This document shows, one piece after another, positions 1-10,323 of a stretch of DNA of 64,000 bases. How positions within the stretch are numbered: position 1 is the first letter of the stretch; each line of letters opens with the position of its first letter. The stretch comes from Minisyncoccota bacterium (GTDB lineage: Bacteria; Patescibacteriota; Minisyncoccia; UBA6257; GWB1-50-10), in NCBI GenBank assembly GCA_041659005.1, contig JBAZZD010000003.1, positions 2,650 through 66,649 of the forward strand. The letters run 5' to 3'. The notes below the pieces were generated by a model. That model had not been told where the DNA came from. It saw only the letters and a program-made list of their open reading frames with translations, and did no database searches. Made by a program: the position numbers and the translations under genes.

Positions 1-835
1 TTCACAAACATTTAGAGACGAGCTGAAATATTCTCCGTCAGTAACAAAACTTTTTTCTTTTGAAAACTATGATGTGTATCATCTCAATAGTTTTAGACCG
101 CTTGTTTTTCAAGAAACAAGACCAGTGGGTATGTATTTTGATTTTTCAAAAAATAGAATGGACAATTTTAGAATCTTGTCTTCTTCATTTTTCTTAGACG
201 AAAACTTATTTAATTATCCAATTGCATTTGATTATAAAGAAAGTGCCAACTCATCGTCCTTACAAGACTTTGATTATTTTATATTTTTATCCGATGAGGT
301 TCCCCGTCTAAAAGAGAGGGGCATATTTGATATTCTTATCAATTCAAAAAAACCATTATTCGCGCTTCGCTCAAAAGAGCTAACCAATTATAGTTACGCC
401 TTTCCAAAGAATGTCACCGTTATTGATGTAACATCACAGGACTTTATGAATGAAGTTTCAAGTCTAATTTTCTCTTCCATAAAAGAAATAGAAAAAGAAA
501 AATTGTATATAAGCCCTAGTGATATTCAAATAAACAATCACACTGTTTCATTCCTTGCAAAAACAGATACTCTAAAGGCTCAAAAACAAGAAACAAAGAG
601 TGCGTGGATTATTAATTTATCATATTTTCCAAATTGGGTTAGAAGTAATAATGAAGAAATCTTTTTGGTAAATTCTGGACAAATGTTAACTTTTGCAAAA
701 TCGAACAATAATTCTGTGCAAAAAATTGTTATGACATTCGGAAGAAGTAAAGAGGAAATTTGGGGACTTTTTGTTTCATTTCTTGGTGTTTTCTTTCTCT
801 TTCTTCTTTATTTATTTTATAAAAAAGATGACTAA
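1..835 (+). CDS. C-terminal part of a membrane-anchored protein (YfhO/glycosyltransferase-associated type); 5' truncated by the window edge
   Basis: The frame is open from base 2 to the stop at 835 and ends in a hydrophobic helix (IWGLFVSFLGVFFLFLLYLF). The 'LSYFPNW' motif resembles YfhO-like C-termini. Confidence 0.55.
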   Translation, partial: SQTFRDELKYSPSVTKLFSFENYDVYHLNSFRPLVFQETRPVGMYFDFSKNRMDNFRILSSSFFLDENLFNYPIAFDYKESANSSSLQDFDYFIFLSDEVPRLKERGIFDILINSKKPLFALRSKELTNYSYAFPKNVTVIDVTSQDFMNEVSSLIFSSIKEIEKEKLYISPSDIQINNHTVSFLAKTDTLKAQKQETKSAWIINLSYFPNWVRSNNEEIFLVNSGQMLTFAKSNNNSVQKIVMTFGRSKEEIWGLFVSFLGVFFLFLLYLFYKKDD

Positions 836-902
836 AAACATAATATGAAACTAAATTTGATTTTTGTCTTAAAAAAATATAATATTTAAATGGTTTCGTT
901 TT

Positions 903-974
903 GGGCGCTTAGCTTAGTGGTAGAGCGTCTCGTTTACACCGAGAAGGTCGGGGGTTCAATCCCCTCAGCGCCCA
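903..974 (+). tRNA. tRNA-Val (TAC)
   Basis: Acceptor GGGCGCT/AGCGCCC; anticodon arm TCTCG-TTTACAC-CGAGA; T-loop GGTTCAATCC; CCA not encoded. Confidence 0.97.
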
Positions 975-976
975 CA

Positions 977-1220
977 AAAAACAAAAACGCACGTATGTGC
1001 GATTTTTGTTAATGTAGGCAATGGAACGAAACAATTTATTGTTGAGTGTTCGGGGATTGAACGCCGGAGCATGTGCGAGTTAGCAAACGAGCACGGCGAG
1101 GCGGTGCCCAGCCCGAAGGAGTGTGACGGCACGACTGAGAGGCGAGGGCAATCTCAATATGTTTGTATTCACCATTTAGTAAAACAATTAGTTGAGAAAA
1201 TCCCGATCTCAGCGCCCACA
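977..1220 (+). repeat. Structured tRNA-Val trailer ending in a duplicated tRNA 3' end (att-like direct repeat)
   Basis: CTCAGCGCCCACA occurs at 964-976 and again at 1208-1220, with several hairpins in between. Confidence 0.7.
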
Positions 1221-1346
1221 CAACAAAAAACAGCCGTTTTGTTCTAAGAAATATCGCGCAGACTGCGTAGGCAGTCGAGCGGAAAGAAAATTTTTAGCAA
1301 AAAAATATTCTGGTTCCAAAGAACAAACAGCTGTTGCCCTTAAAAG

Positions 1347-3194
1347 TTATTTTGCAGTTACCGAATCGGCTGAAACTCCAAGATCTTTAAGAAGTTTATA
1401 AAACTCTTCTTGTTCAAGCGTTTCTTTTTCAATAAGCGCCGCCGCAACGCCATCAAGCGCTTTGCGATAGGTGGTCATTATTTTCCTTGCGGTTTGCAAT
1501 CCTTTTTGGAGATATTCATTAATTTCTCCATCAATAGTAGTTCCTACCGTTTCAGAATAATCTTTATCATTTCCAAATCCCCGCCCCAAAAATGTCATCT
1601 CTTGCCCCTTTCCATAGGCGCGTGGCCCAAGTTTTTCACTCATTCCATATTTTGTTACTAATAACTCTGCCATATCGGTTGCTTGCTGAATATCGCTCGA
1701 GGAACCAGTAGTGATATCTTTAAATACCGCCTGCTCAGCAGCGTATCCACCCAGTGAAACTGCAATATCTCCAACAAAGTCTGATTTTGTTCTTAAGTGT
1801 CGTTCTTCCATTGGAAGTTTTAGTGTGTATCCACCTGCCACGCCACGGCTTACCACAGAGACCTTATGTACTGGATCTGAATTTTTAATAATTGCCGCGA
1901 CAATTGCATGACCCGCTTCGTGGTATGCGGTCACTCGCTTTTCATGGTCGTTGATAATTCTATTCTTTCGTGCAGGACCAAGTAATACTTTTTCAATCGA
2001 ATCCAACAAGTCTTCTTGTTCAATAACTTTTCGATTATTTCTTGCGGCAAGAATCGCTGCTTCGTTCATTAGATTCGCAAGTTCCGCCCCAGCAAATCCT
2101 GGCGTACGAAGTGCAACCACATGAAGATCAGATGATTTTGAAAGCGGTTTTCCTTTTGAGTGAATGTGCAAAATATCTTCTCTGTCTTTTATATCCGGCA
2201 TATCGAGTATCACGCGTCTATCAAATCGTCCCGGACGAAGAAGCGCTTGATCAAGAACATCGGGTCTATTTGTTGCGGCAATAACAATCACGCTGGTATC
2301 CCGTTCAAACCCGTCCATCTCAACAAGAATCTGATTAAGCGTCTGTTCACGCTCATCGTGTCCACCGCCCATTCCCGTTCCTCGCTCGCGTCCCACTGCA
2401 TCAATTTCATCAATAAAAACAATTGCAGGTGCCGATTTCTTTGCCATTTGGAACAGGTCACGAACACGAGATGCCCCAACACCAACAAACATTTCGACAA
2501 ATTCTGATGCTGAAATATGGAAAAATGGAACGTCGGATTCTCCGGCAACAGCACGCGCAAGCATTGTTTTTCCGGTTCCGGGAGTTCCCATAAGAAGCAC
2601 CCCACGAGGAATTTTTGCTCCCATCGCATGGAATTTTTTTGGACTTTTTAAAAATTCAACAACCTCCCACAATTCTTCTTTTGCTTCTTTGAGTCCTGCG
2701 ACGTCTTTAAATAAAATTTTGTCTTTTAACGGAGAAAATAATCGAATATTCACCCTCCCAAAAGAAAATGCCTGACTTGCTCCACCTTTTGCTTGGCGAA
2801 GCATCCACCAAAGAATAAGTCCCATAATAACCAACGGAATAAGCGTCGGGAGAAGAACCCCCATCCAATATTTCGCCCCACCTTGATCTTCTATCTTTAT
2901 TTCAATCTTTCCCAATGTACTTGATGAAATTCCATAACTTGATAGGGTTTCTAAGATTCCAACTCCCTGTTCCTTTTTTGATTTTATTTTTGTCCCATCG
3001 TTCAGATCAAGCGTAAGGTTGTTTTCTTGTGCTGTTATTGTTTTTACTTCTCCGTTTGCTATTTTCTTTGCCACGTTGCTAATGCTTGTTTCTTCTGGTG
3101 CTTTTGATTGCGTATCAAGAATCGCCCCAAAAAGAAGTGTAGTAATAATAAGAAAGATGACCGCAAGTATAATATTTTTCCAAAGTGATTTCAT
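1347..3194 (-). CDS. ftsH: ATP-dependent zinc metalloprotease FtsH
   Basis: Two TM helices, Walker A GTPGTGKT, Walker [24 protein letters not shown] zinc motif. Start taken as ATG 3194 rather than TTG 3215. Confidence 0.97.
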   Translation of the reverse strand: MKSLWKNIILAVIFLIITTLLFGAILDTQSKAPEETSISNVAKKIANGEVKTITAQENNLTLDLNDGTKIKSKKEQGVGILETLSSYGISSSTLGKIEIKIEDQGGAKYWMGVLLPTLIPLVIMGLILWWMLRQAKGGASQAFSFGRVNIRLFSPLKDKILFKDVAGLKEAKEELWEVVEFLKSPKKFHAMGAKIPRGVLLMGTPGTGKTMLARAVAGESDVPFFHISASEFVEMFVGVGASRVRDLFQMAKKSAPAIVFIDEIDAVGRERGTGMGGGHDEREQTLNQILVEMDGFERDTSVIVIAATNRPDVLDQALLRPGRFDRRVILDMPDIKDREDILHIHSKGKPLSKSSDLHVVALRTPGFAGAELANLMNEAAILAARNNRKVIEQEDLLDSIEKVLLGPARKNRIINDHEKRVTAYHEAGHAIVAAIIKNSDPVHKVSVVSRGVAGGYTLKLPMEERHLRTKSDFVGDIAVSLGGYAAEQAVFKDITTGSSSDIQQATDMAELLVTKYGMSEKLGPRAYGKGQEMTFLGRGFGNDKDYSETVGTTIDGEINEYLQKGLQTARKIMTTYRKALDGVAAALIEKETLEQEEFYKLLKDLGVSADSVTAK

Positions 3195-3306
3195 TCTGTT
3201 AGAAATAGATCGCAATCATAAAAGAACGCGATTTTTTATTGTTGTTATAATTTCGACTTCGCATAATGTATATAATTCCCGTGAAACAAACATTGTTTCT
3301 GATGGA
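3195..3306. mobile_element. Degenerate copy of the CCCGTTAGA/TCTAACGGG inverted-end element abutting the ftsH ATG
   Basis: TCTGTTAGAAAT at 3195 and TTTCTGATGGA ending at 3306 (transition mismatches to consensus). About 112 bp, like the other copies. Confidence 0.45.
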
Positions 3307-3342
3307 ACGTTTTTTACTATACAGTAAAATACAAAAAAAGAA

Positions 3343-3366
3343 ACTCCGCCTATTCATAGGCGGAGT
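3343..3366 (-). terminator. Intrinsic terminator hairpin
   Basis: ACTCCGCCTAT-TC-ATAGGCGGAGT followed by a T-run on the minus strand, just after ORF 3373-3951. Confidence 0.75.
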
Positions 3367-3372
3367 AATTGT

Positions 3373-3951
3373 TTATTTATTTCGAGCTCCCAAAAAGAAG
3401 AGGGGGATATTTACATCCAATGATTCATAGTTATAAATTACAAGATAAAATTTTCCTTTTTTATCAATGAATAGAGACGGAGATATTTCTCCATCATTAT
3501 TTTCACGTTTTGCGACGGATGCGCCAGCGACGATGCAAACCATATTCATTCGAATTTTTTCTTCAAAAACAAGATCCATCAATTCACATCCAGTGCAATT
3601 TCGATACCCAAGAAAATTCATTTCTTTCCTCGCAAGTGCTTCTTGCCCTTTTAAGAAAGGGAATAATTTTATCATATATTTTCCCTTCACTTCATTTTTG
3701 TGCGGAAAATAATTAAGCTCTTTTTCGCCTAATGATTCTGATAAAAGCGACCGCATTGTTGCACGTCGCACAAGCTCTTGAAATGTTCCCTCTTTTGCTC
3801 GCACTAAAAAATTTAATCCCACTTCTTTTTGCAACATCTCAAAAATTTTGTCTTGTCCTCGAGAATCAAATGAAATAATTCTCGGTATAATAAATGAATA
3901 AACAAAATGAAAAATTCTATTCATTTTATTTCTCTCAGTCATCTCTCCCAT
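3373..3951 (-). CDS. Hypothetical protein
   Basis: 192-aa ORF with an SD-like AAGGA and its own terminator; no family recognised. Confidence 0.6.
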   Translation of the reverse strand: MGEMTERNKMNRIFHFVYSFIIPRIISFDSRGQDKIFEMLQKEVGLNFLVRAKEGTFQELVRRATMRSLLSESLGEKELNYFPHKNEVKGKYMIKLFPFLKGQEALARKEMNFLGYRNCTGCELMDLVFEEKIRMNMVCIVAGASVAKRENNDGEISPSLFIDKKGKFYLVIYNYESLDVNIPLFFLGARNK

Positions 3952-4018
3952 GTCTTTTTCCTTTCAATTAATTGTTAATGAATATCTTTGTTGTACAGCA
4001 ACTCAAAAGAAAATACAA

Positions 4019-4044
4019 CAAATCCCCTTAAAATAGGGGATTTG
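4019..4044 (-). terminator. Terminator hairpin after rpsA
   Basis: CAAATCCCCT...AGGGGATTTG inverted repeat. Confidence 0.6.
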
Positions 4045-4061
4045 GGAAAATTATTATTTTC

Positions 4062-5150
4062 TTATTTCACTAATTTCAAATTTATTCTTCGCTCTTCTGG
4101 CTTGATACTTTCAACAACAAATGTGTATTCTTTTTGAGGTATTAATTCCTTTTTCATTTCCTCTGCTCCTCCGAAATCAGTTACGTGCACATATCCCTGT
4201 GTTTCTTTGTCTATATTTATTACCGCTCCAAATGGATTAAACATATACACTGTTCCTTGAACAGTTAATCCCTCTTTGTATCGCTCGGCACTTGCAGCCC
4301 AAGGATCTTCTTTTAATACCTTGATAGAAAGTGAAATTTTGCCATCTTTTATTTCCATTATTTTTGCCTTGATCACCTCATCAATCTTCACAATTTCTTT
4401 TGGGTTTTCTACAACACAATAATCAAGTTCCGACACGTGAATAAGGCCCTCAACTGATGGGTTGTCTACAAATTTCACAAACACTCCAAAATCAGCCACC
4501 CCTGAAACAATTGCTTCAATAACTTGCCCAACGGAGTAATTTTTTACTAACTCGCGAGAAGAAATTTCCACCGCTTCTTTTTCTGAGACAATGAGCTTTC
4601 CATTTCGTTGATTTGCATCAATTATTTTTACAATAATTTCTTCTCCAACAAGTTTTTGAAGTGCTGATGCAATATCTGTCCTGTCTCCTACGCCAATTTT
4701 AGGATAATGATCAATCGATAGTTGCGAAACAGGAAGAAACGCTCCTACTCCTCGAATATTTACAATAAGTCCACCCTTGTTGTATCCGGTTGGCTTAACA
4801 GCGAACGCTTCATCTTTCCCTTTCAGCTCATCAATCTCCTGCCACGCCTTCTGGCGCCCAGCTTCAGTAAGTGAAAGCTCAACATACCCTTCTCCATTAT
4901 CAATTTCAACAACCTTCCCATTAATTACCCCTCCACACTCAACAGATCTTACAAGATCACGCGCATTTTGTAATTCACCTCTATATACAACACCAGTCCC
5001 ATTCTTTCCAAGATCAAGAAGAATACGGTTCGAACTTTTTTCTATTATTTTTCCCTCCACAAGGTCTCCAACCTTCAAAGGGGAGAATAACTGAGGCGCA
5101 GTTTTTACTAATTGCGCGAGCATCAGCATTCCATTCTTTACTATATTCAT
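4062..5150 (-). CDS. rpsA: 30S ribosomal protein S1-like protein (four S1 domains)
   Basis: Repeated S1 motifs (FGVFV...EGLIHVSEL; GAFLPVSQL). Confidence 0.9.
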   Translation of the reverse strand: MNIVKNGMLMLAQLVKTAPQLFSPLKVGDLVEGKIIEKSSNRILLDLGKNGTGVVYRGELQNARDLVRSVECGGVINGKVVEIDNGEGYVELSLTEAGRQKAWQEIDELKGKDEAFAVKPTGYNKGGLIVNIRGVGAFLPVSQLSIDHYPKIGVGDRTDIASALQKLVGEEIIVKIIDANQRNGKLIVSEKEAVEISSRELVKNYSVGQVIEAIVSGVADFGVFVKFVDNPSVEGLIHVSELDYCVVENPKEIVKIDEVIKAKIMEIKDGKISLSIKVLKEDPWAASAERYKEGLTVQGTVYMFNPFGAVINIDKETQGYVHVTDFGGAEEMKKELIPQKEYTFVVESIKPEERRINLKLVK

Positions 5151-5308
5151 ACCGCATTAGAATACGTGTTTTAAGAAAAAAAAGCAACTTTAATAGGCAA
5201 TAAAAGGTTATTTTAAAAATACACAAGACGAATAACCAAAACTCAATCGTCAGTCTCCACATCTCCACTATTCAAATATTTATTTTTTTGACATATACTA
5301 CTCATGAT

Positions 5309-5887
5309 ATGGTTATTACACACCAAGGAGGAAACTATTTTAAAATACAAGCTGGCGATTATGCGGTACTTATTGATCCTGAAAATCAACGATCATTTAA
5401 AGGTGCCCAAGTAATTATAAATACAGTCAAGCCAACACTTGTAGAGCAACAAGAAGGAGAGGGTGCCCCGGTTTGGATTGAACACCAAGGGGAGTATGAA
5501 ATTGGTGGCGTCCGTATTCATGGATATTCCTGTGGATGGAATGAAAAAGCAAAATGTGAAAATACCGCATATCGCATCACTTTTGACAATATTTCGATTG
5601 CGATATTGGGTCACTTGTTCGCAGAACTTGATCCGAAAACCGTTGGGGTGCTTACCGATGCTGATATTTTGATTGTGCCCGCAGGCGGAACTCCATTTCT
5701 TGAAATCACAAAAATTGCAAAACTTATTCGTCAATTAGAACCGGGGATTGTTATTCCCTCACTCACAGAAAAACCACTCGCGCTTCTTAAGGAACTAAAT
5801 CGCGAAGCAAAACCGGAGGAGAAACTTACCATAAAGAAAAAGGAAATTGAACCAAAGGCCATAAAAGTGGTTTGGTTACAATCATAA
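5309..5887 (+). CDS. MBL-fold (Lactamase_B_3-type) hydrolase-like protein
   Basis: LIDP, GEYEIGGV, LGHL, DILIVPAGG, PGIVIP motifs; the metal-binding His cluster looks degenerate. ATG at 5309. Confidence 0.75.
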   Translation: MVITHQGGNYFKIQAGDYAVLIDPENQRSFKGAQVIINTVKPTLVEQQEGEGAPVWIEHQGEYEIGGVRIHGYSCGWNEKAKCENTAYRITFDNISIAILGHLFAELDPKTVGVLTDADILIVPAGGTPFLEITKIAKLIRQLEPGIVIPSLTEKPLALLKELNREAKPEEKLTIKKKEIEPKAIKVVWLQS

Positions 5888-5893
5888 CGTTTT

Positions 5894-6328
5894 ATGAAAC
5901 AGGTGGTCACTAAGCATATTGAAAAAATACGTCACGCAAATGACACCGTGAAGCGTTGGTGGATCATTGGTGCAACCACAATCGTTATGTGTGCAATTAT
6001 AATTTTGTGGATTATATATATCAGCGCAACACTACCACAAACGAGACTATCAAATAGTACCGTTAGTGCCACGGACAATTCCAATACTTCACAGATAGAA
6101 TCAAAAAAAAAGAACCCATCACTTTTTGGAACCATAATAGAAGGAGTAAAAATTACTTCAAATAATACATTGGACTCATTTCGTTCATTTGGAACACAAT
6201 TCTCAAAAGGAATACAGGGCGCAATTGATTACACTACAAAGAAGGAAATTATAATAAAAAAAGAACCCCAAAAGGCACCATTTATACCAAATGACCCAGA
6301 ACCATTAGAACCAACACAATTACCATAA
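5894..6328 (+). CDS. Hypothetical single-pass membrane protein
   Basis: 144 aa with one TM segment; in the operon before gyrA. Confidence 0.7.
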   Translation: MKQVVTKHIEKIRHANDTVKRWWIIGATTIVMCAIIILWIIYISATLPQTRLSNSTVSATDNSNTSQIESKKKNPSLFGTIIEGVKITSNNTLDSFRSFGTQFSKGIQGAIDYTTKKEIIIKKEPQKAPFIPNDPEPLEPTQLP

Positions 6329-6332
6329 TAGT

Positions 6333-8807
6333 ATGAAAAAAGAAGAAAAAAATATTGAAATAGTACACGAGTCAATCCAACCACAAGAAATCACCGACGA
6401 ATTACAAAAATCATATTTAAGTTATGCAATGTCCGTTATTGTCTCGCGTGCTCTTCCCGATGTACGTGATGGATTAAAACCAGTACAACGCAGAATATTG
6501 TGGGGAATGTGGGACATGGGACTCACGCATACCACAAAATTTAAAAAATCAGCAAATGTAGTTGGAGAAGTTATGGGAAAATATCACCCGCATGGAGATC
6601 AAGCTATATACGACTCAATGGCACGTATGGCTCAAGATTTTTCCCTTCGTTATCCACTAGTAGACGGACAGGGAAACTGGGGATCAATAGATGGTGATGC
6701 GCCAGCAGCAATGCGTTATACGGAAGCGCGTCTTACAAAAATTTCCGCCGAACTATTAACTGATGTAGAAAAGGGGACGGTTGAATGGAATCAGAACTAT
6801 GACAACTCGCGTGTTGAGCCAGCATTTTTCCCCGCGAAACTTCCACACCTCTTATTAAACGGAACTGTTGGTATCGCTGTTGGTATGGCGACTTCCATTC
6901 CACCACATAACTTACATGAAATTATTAATGCGGTAATGCATCTTGCAAAACATCCTGACGCGTCAACAAAAGATTTGATGCAGTTTGTTCCTGGGCCAGA
7001 CTTTCCAACCGGAGGTGTGATTTTTGACAAAAAAGCGCTTGAAGAAGCATACGCAACAGGACGTGGATCAGTAACTATTCGTGCTGTTGCAGAAATTGAA
7101 GAACGAAAAAGCGGGAGTTTCCAAATTATCATTACCGAAATTCCCTATCAGGTAAACAAATCGGATCTTATTACAAAAATGGCGGAACTCGCCCAAGAAA
7201 AACGCATTGAGGGGATCAAAGATCTTCGAGATGAGTCAGACAGAGATGGACTTCGAATTGTTGTAGAGTTAAAAAATGATGCGGGACCGCAAAAGGTTTT
7301 AAATCAACTATTTCAATATACTGAGCTTCAAAAGAATTTCTATTTTAATATGTTGGCACTTGAGAATGGAATTTCACCAAGAATTTTTTCATTAAAAGAT
7401 GTTCTCTCTGCATATCTTGACCACCGAAAAATTATGGTGCGCAAGAGAACAGAATTCGATTTAAAAAAAGCTGAAGAACGCGCGCATATTCTTGACGGAC
7501 TCGCAACCGCACTCGATGTTATCGATAAAATAATTGAAACAATCAAGAAATCAAAAGACAAGGAAGAAGCGCGTGCCAACCTGATGAAAAGGTTTAAACT
7601 TTCTGAAATACAGGCAAATGCGATTCTCGAAATGCGCTTGCAGTCACTCGCGGCACTTGAAAGAATAAAAATTGAGGACGAATTAAAGGAAAAGAAAAAA
7701 TTTATTGCTGAGTGTAAGGCAATTCTAAAATCAGATGAACGAATTATCGGCATAATCACCGAAGAACTCATTGGACTTAAAACGACATACCCGAGTGAAA
7801 GAAAAACAAAACTTGTTTCCTCTGGAATCAAGGAATTTAAGGAAGAAGACCTCATTCAAAACGAAGAGGTGATTGTGACCCTAAGCCAAGATGGATATAT
7901 CAAGCGAATGCCACCAACGGTATTTAAGGCACAACGGCGGGGAGGAAAGGGGTTGATCGGTTTTGAATTAAAAGAAGAAGATCAAATACACAAAATTATC
8001 ACCGCCAATACCCACGATAATATTCTTTTCTTCACTGATAAAGGACGGGTATTCCAAACAAAGGTGTATGAAATTCCCGTTGCGTCACGAACGTCAAAGG
8101 GGAAATCAGTACATAACTTCCTTACACTTCCGCCGAATGAAAAAATTTGCTCGGTGGTAAATTATGAAGGTGTTGAGGGTGGAAAGCGTGGAGAGGGAAG
8201 TGGATTTCTCGTTATGGCGACACGAGATGGAATTATCAAAAAAACAGACTTTAAAGATTTCTCTAGTGTCAGAAGAACTGGAATTATCGCTATTACCTTA
8301 AAAGGTGAAGATGCGCTTCAGTGGGCAGATCGCTCCTCGGGAGAAGACGAAATTATTCTTGTAACGGCTGACGGACAATCAATTCGATTTAAAGAAAAAG
8401 ATGTGCGCGCAATGGGAAGAACTGCGTCAGGAATCAAAGCAATACACTTAAAAGGAAAGGATGTCGTTGCTGGATTTTCTATAATTACAAAAGGAACAAA
8501 ATCTGATATCCAATTTCTTGTCATCATGGGAAATGGATATGCAAAACAAACCCCAATCAAAGAATATAAAGTACAAAAACGTGGGGGAAGTGGGATTCGT
8601 ACTGCCAAGACAACAGATAAAACAGGAAAAGTGGTCGCCGCACACATTATTGATGGAAACGCGGAAGAGGTAATTGTATTTTCATCAAAAGGACAAGTAA
8701 TTCGAACAAAACTTTCAGACATCCGCGTCACTGGACGCGCAACACAAGGAGTAAAAATGATGAATCTTGATGCGGGGGACTCAATTATGGGGATTGTCGC
8801 ATTATAA
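6333..8807 (+). CDS. gyrA: DNA gyrase subunit A
   Basis: [22 protein letters not shown], catalytic AAMRYTE, GyrA-box QRRGGKG, C-terminal pinwheel repeats. Confidence 0.98.
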   Translation: MKKEEKNIEIVHESIQPQEITDELQKSYLSYAMSVIVSRALPDVRDGLKPVQRRILWGMWDMGLTHTTKFKKSANVVGEVMGKYHPHGDQAIYDSMARMAQDFSLRYPLVDGQGNWGSIDGDAPAAMRYTEARLTKISAELLTDVEKGTVEWNQNYDNSRVEPAFFPAKLPHLLLNGTVGIAVGMATSIPPHNLHEIINAVMHLAKHPDASTKDLMQFVPGPDFPTGGVIFDKKALEEAYATGRGSVTIRAVAEIEERKSGSFQIIITEIPYQVNKSDLITKMAELAQEKRIEGIKDLRDESDRDGLRIVVELKNDAGPQKVLNQLFQYTELQKNFYFNMLALENGISPRIFSLKDVLSAYLDHRKIMVRKRTEFDLKKAEERAHILDGLATALDVIDKIIETIKKSKDKEEARANLMKRFKLSEIQANAILEMRLQSLAALERIKIEDELKEKKKFIAECKAILKSDERIIGIITEELIGLKTTYPSERKTKLVSSGIKEFKEEDLIQNEEVIVTLSQDGYIKRMPPTVFKAQRRGGKGLIGFELKEEDQIHKIITANTHDNILFFTDKGRVFQTKVYEIPVASRTSKGKSVHNFLTLPPNEKICSVVNYEGVEGGKRGEGSGFLVMATRDGIIKKTDFKDFSSVRRTGIIAITLKGEDALQWADRSSGEDEIILVTADGQSIRFKEKDVRAMGRTASGIKAIHLKGKDVVAGFSIITKGTKSDIQFLVIMGNGYAKQTPIKEYKVQKRGGSGIRTAKTTDKTGKVVAAHIIDGNAEEVIVFSSKGQVIRTKLSDIRVTGRATQGVKMMNLDAGDSIMGIVAL

Positions 8808-8826
8808 AAATCAATAGAATTATTTG

Positions 8827-8853
8827 CACCACATTATTTAGAATAATGTGGTG
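8827..8853. terminator. Hairpin downstream of gyrA
   Basis: CACCACATTATT-TAG-AATAATGTGGTG, a perfect 12-bp stem. Confidence 0.6.
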
Positions 8854-8897
8854 GTGCGCTATAATTAAATATAATGCATTTCTGTAGACAGACACAG

Positions 8898-9014
8898 ACC
8901 GTTAGAAATAATTCTAAAAACGGAATGTGGTTTTAATGGTATATCTAAAAACGTAATATTAAATTATGAATCAAAACAAAATGTCGCAATCAAATACAAA
9001 TTACTTCTAACTGG
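8898..9014. mobile_element. Non-coding CCCGTTAGA/TCTAACGGG-type element abutting ATG 9015
   Basis: ACCGTTAGAAATAATT ... AATTACTTCTAACTGG|ATG. Confidence 0.65.
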
Positions 9015-10316
9015 ATGAACAAATCACGAACACTCATTATTGGTGCGGTCGCAATTGGAATAGCACTTTTTGTTCTTATTCTTGTTGGGGTACTTCCTGG
9101 ACTTAATAGTAATGAGGTGAAAAATAATCCGATTTCTATCTCTGTCTGGGGTATAGGAAATGATAATGAATTTTTTGTTAGTTCCGCGGAAATATTAAGA
9201 ACCGAATACCCAAACTTCTCTGTTCAGTATCGTGGATTCTCTGATGAAGAGTCTTATAACTATGCACTTAGTGAAGCTTTTTCGCTTGGAAAAGCACCAG
9301 ACATTATTATGGTTTCGAATGCTGATATTCCAAAAATGAAGAGTAAGATTGCGCAAATTCCTCAACAGTACATTACACAACTTCAACTCCAGCAAACATT
9401 TCCAGAAACAGTGTGGAGATATGATTTTGCTGATAAAAATGGTGTTTATGCGCTCCCATTTACCATTGATACATTAGTGCTTTTCTACAATCGAGACATA
9501 TTAGGAAATGCTGGATTTGTGTACCCACCAGAAACATGGGAATTACTAGAAGAAATGATCCCCACGCTTACAAAAAAGAATGCAACGGGGACACTTGAAC
9601 AATCAGCAATTGCTCTCGGTGGAACTGAACAAACAATTGCACACGCTTCAGATATTCTTGCCTCACTTATGCTTCGTTCAGGAACAAAAATGGTAAGTGA
9701 TGATTTTTCTCGAGCTTCATTTAATAGTAAGGAAGGGGAAACGGCGCTTCAATTTTATACAAAATTTTCTGATCCAAAATCAAAAATATATACATGGAAT
9801 GAAACAATGTCCTACTCACTTGATGCGTTTGCGTCAGAACAAGTCGCAATGATTATTGGATACGAGCGCGATATAAAAATATTACGTGAAAAAAATAAAA
9901 ATCTTAATTTTGGAATTGCTTCAATTCCACAACCAAAGTCAGCGACAAAAACACTAACATATCCTTCGTATTACGGATATGCAATTACTCAACAATCAAA
10001 ACAAAAGGCAATTGCCGCAACATATTTAGTTCGTGCCACACTTGATAAAACAACAGCACAAAAATATGTAGAAAAAGTAGGGGGAACACCAATTCTCCTT
10101 TCACTTATTAATGAAAACATCAGTTCTACCGATAAGAGCGTCTTTGCGCGTCAGGCTCTTGTTGCACGCGGGTATCCACAAATCGATTCAATTGAAATTA
10201 GAACTATATTTTCAGAGATGATCCAGTTAGTTATCTCGGGAACAAAAACTATTGTGGAGGCACTAAATGAGGGGCAAACAAACGTGAATAAACTTTTTTC
10301 ACGAATAAGGTTATAA
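9015..10316 (+). CDS. Extracellular solute-binding protein (sugar ABC-type SBP fold), membrane-anchored
   Basis: N-terminal TM; GKAPDII, YALPFTIDTLVLFYNRDIL, PETWE, F..EQVAMII motifs. Confidence 0.85.
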   Translation: MNKSRTLIIGAVAIGIALFVLILVGVLPGLNSNEVKNNPISISVWGIGNDNEFFVSSAEILRTEYPNFSVQYRGFSDEESYNYALSEAFSLGKAPDIIMVSNADIPKMKSKIAQIPQQYITQLQLQQTFPETVWRYDFADKNGVYALPFTIDTLVLFYNRDILGNAGFVYPPETWELLEEMIPTLTKKNATGTLEQSAIALGGTEQTIAHASDILASLMLRSGTKMVSDDFSRASFNSKEGETALQFYTKFSDPKSKIYTWNETMSYSLDAFASEQVAMIIGYERDIKILREKNKNLNFGIASIPQPKSATKTLTYPSYYGYAITQQSKQKAIAATYLVRATLDKTTAQKYVEKVGGTPILLSLINENISSTDKSVFARQALVARGYPQIDSIEIRTIFSEMIQLVISGTKTIVEALNEGQTNVNKLFSRIRL

Positions 10317-10323
10317 TAACTAT

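Noticed and set aside
1036-1401. Short ORFs 1036-1221 and 1192-1401
   Set aside because: They overlap the structured tRNA trailer or the ftsH end and have no protein-like features.
5151-5165. Possible seventh element end (CCGCATTAGAAT) before rpsA
   Set aside because: Spacing to the ATG and the sequence deviate from consensus, and no partner end was found.
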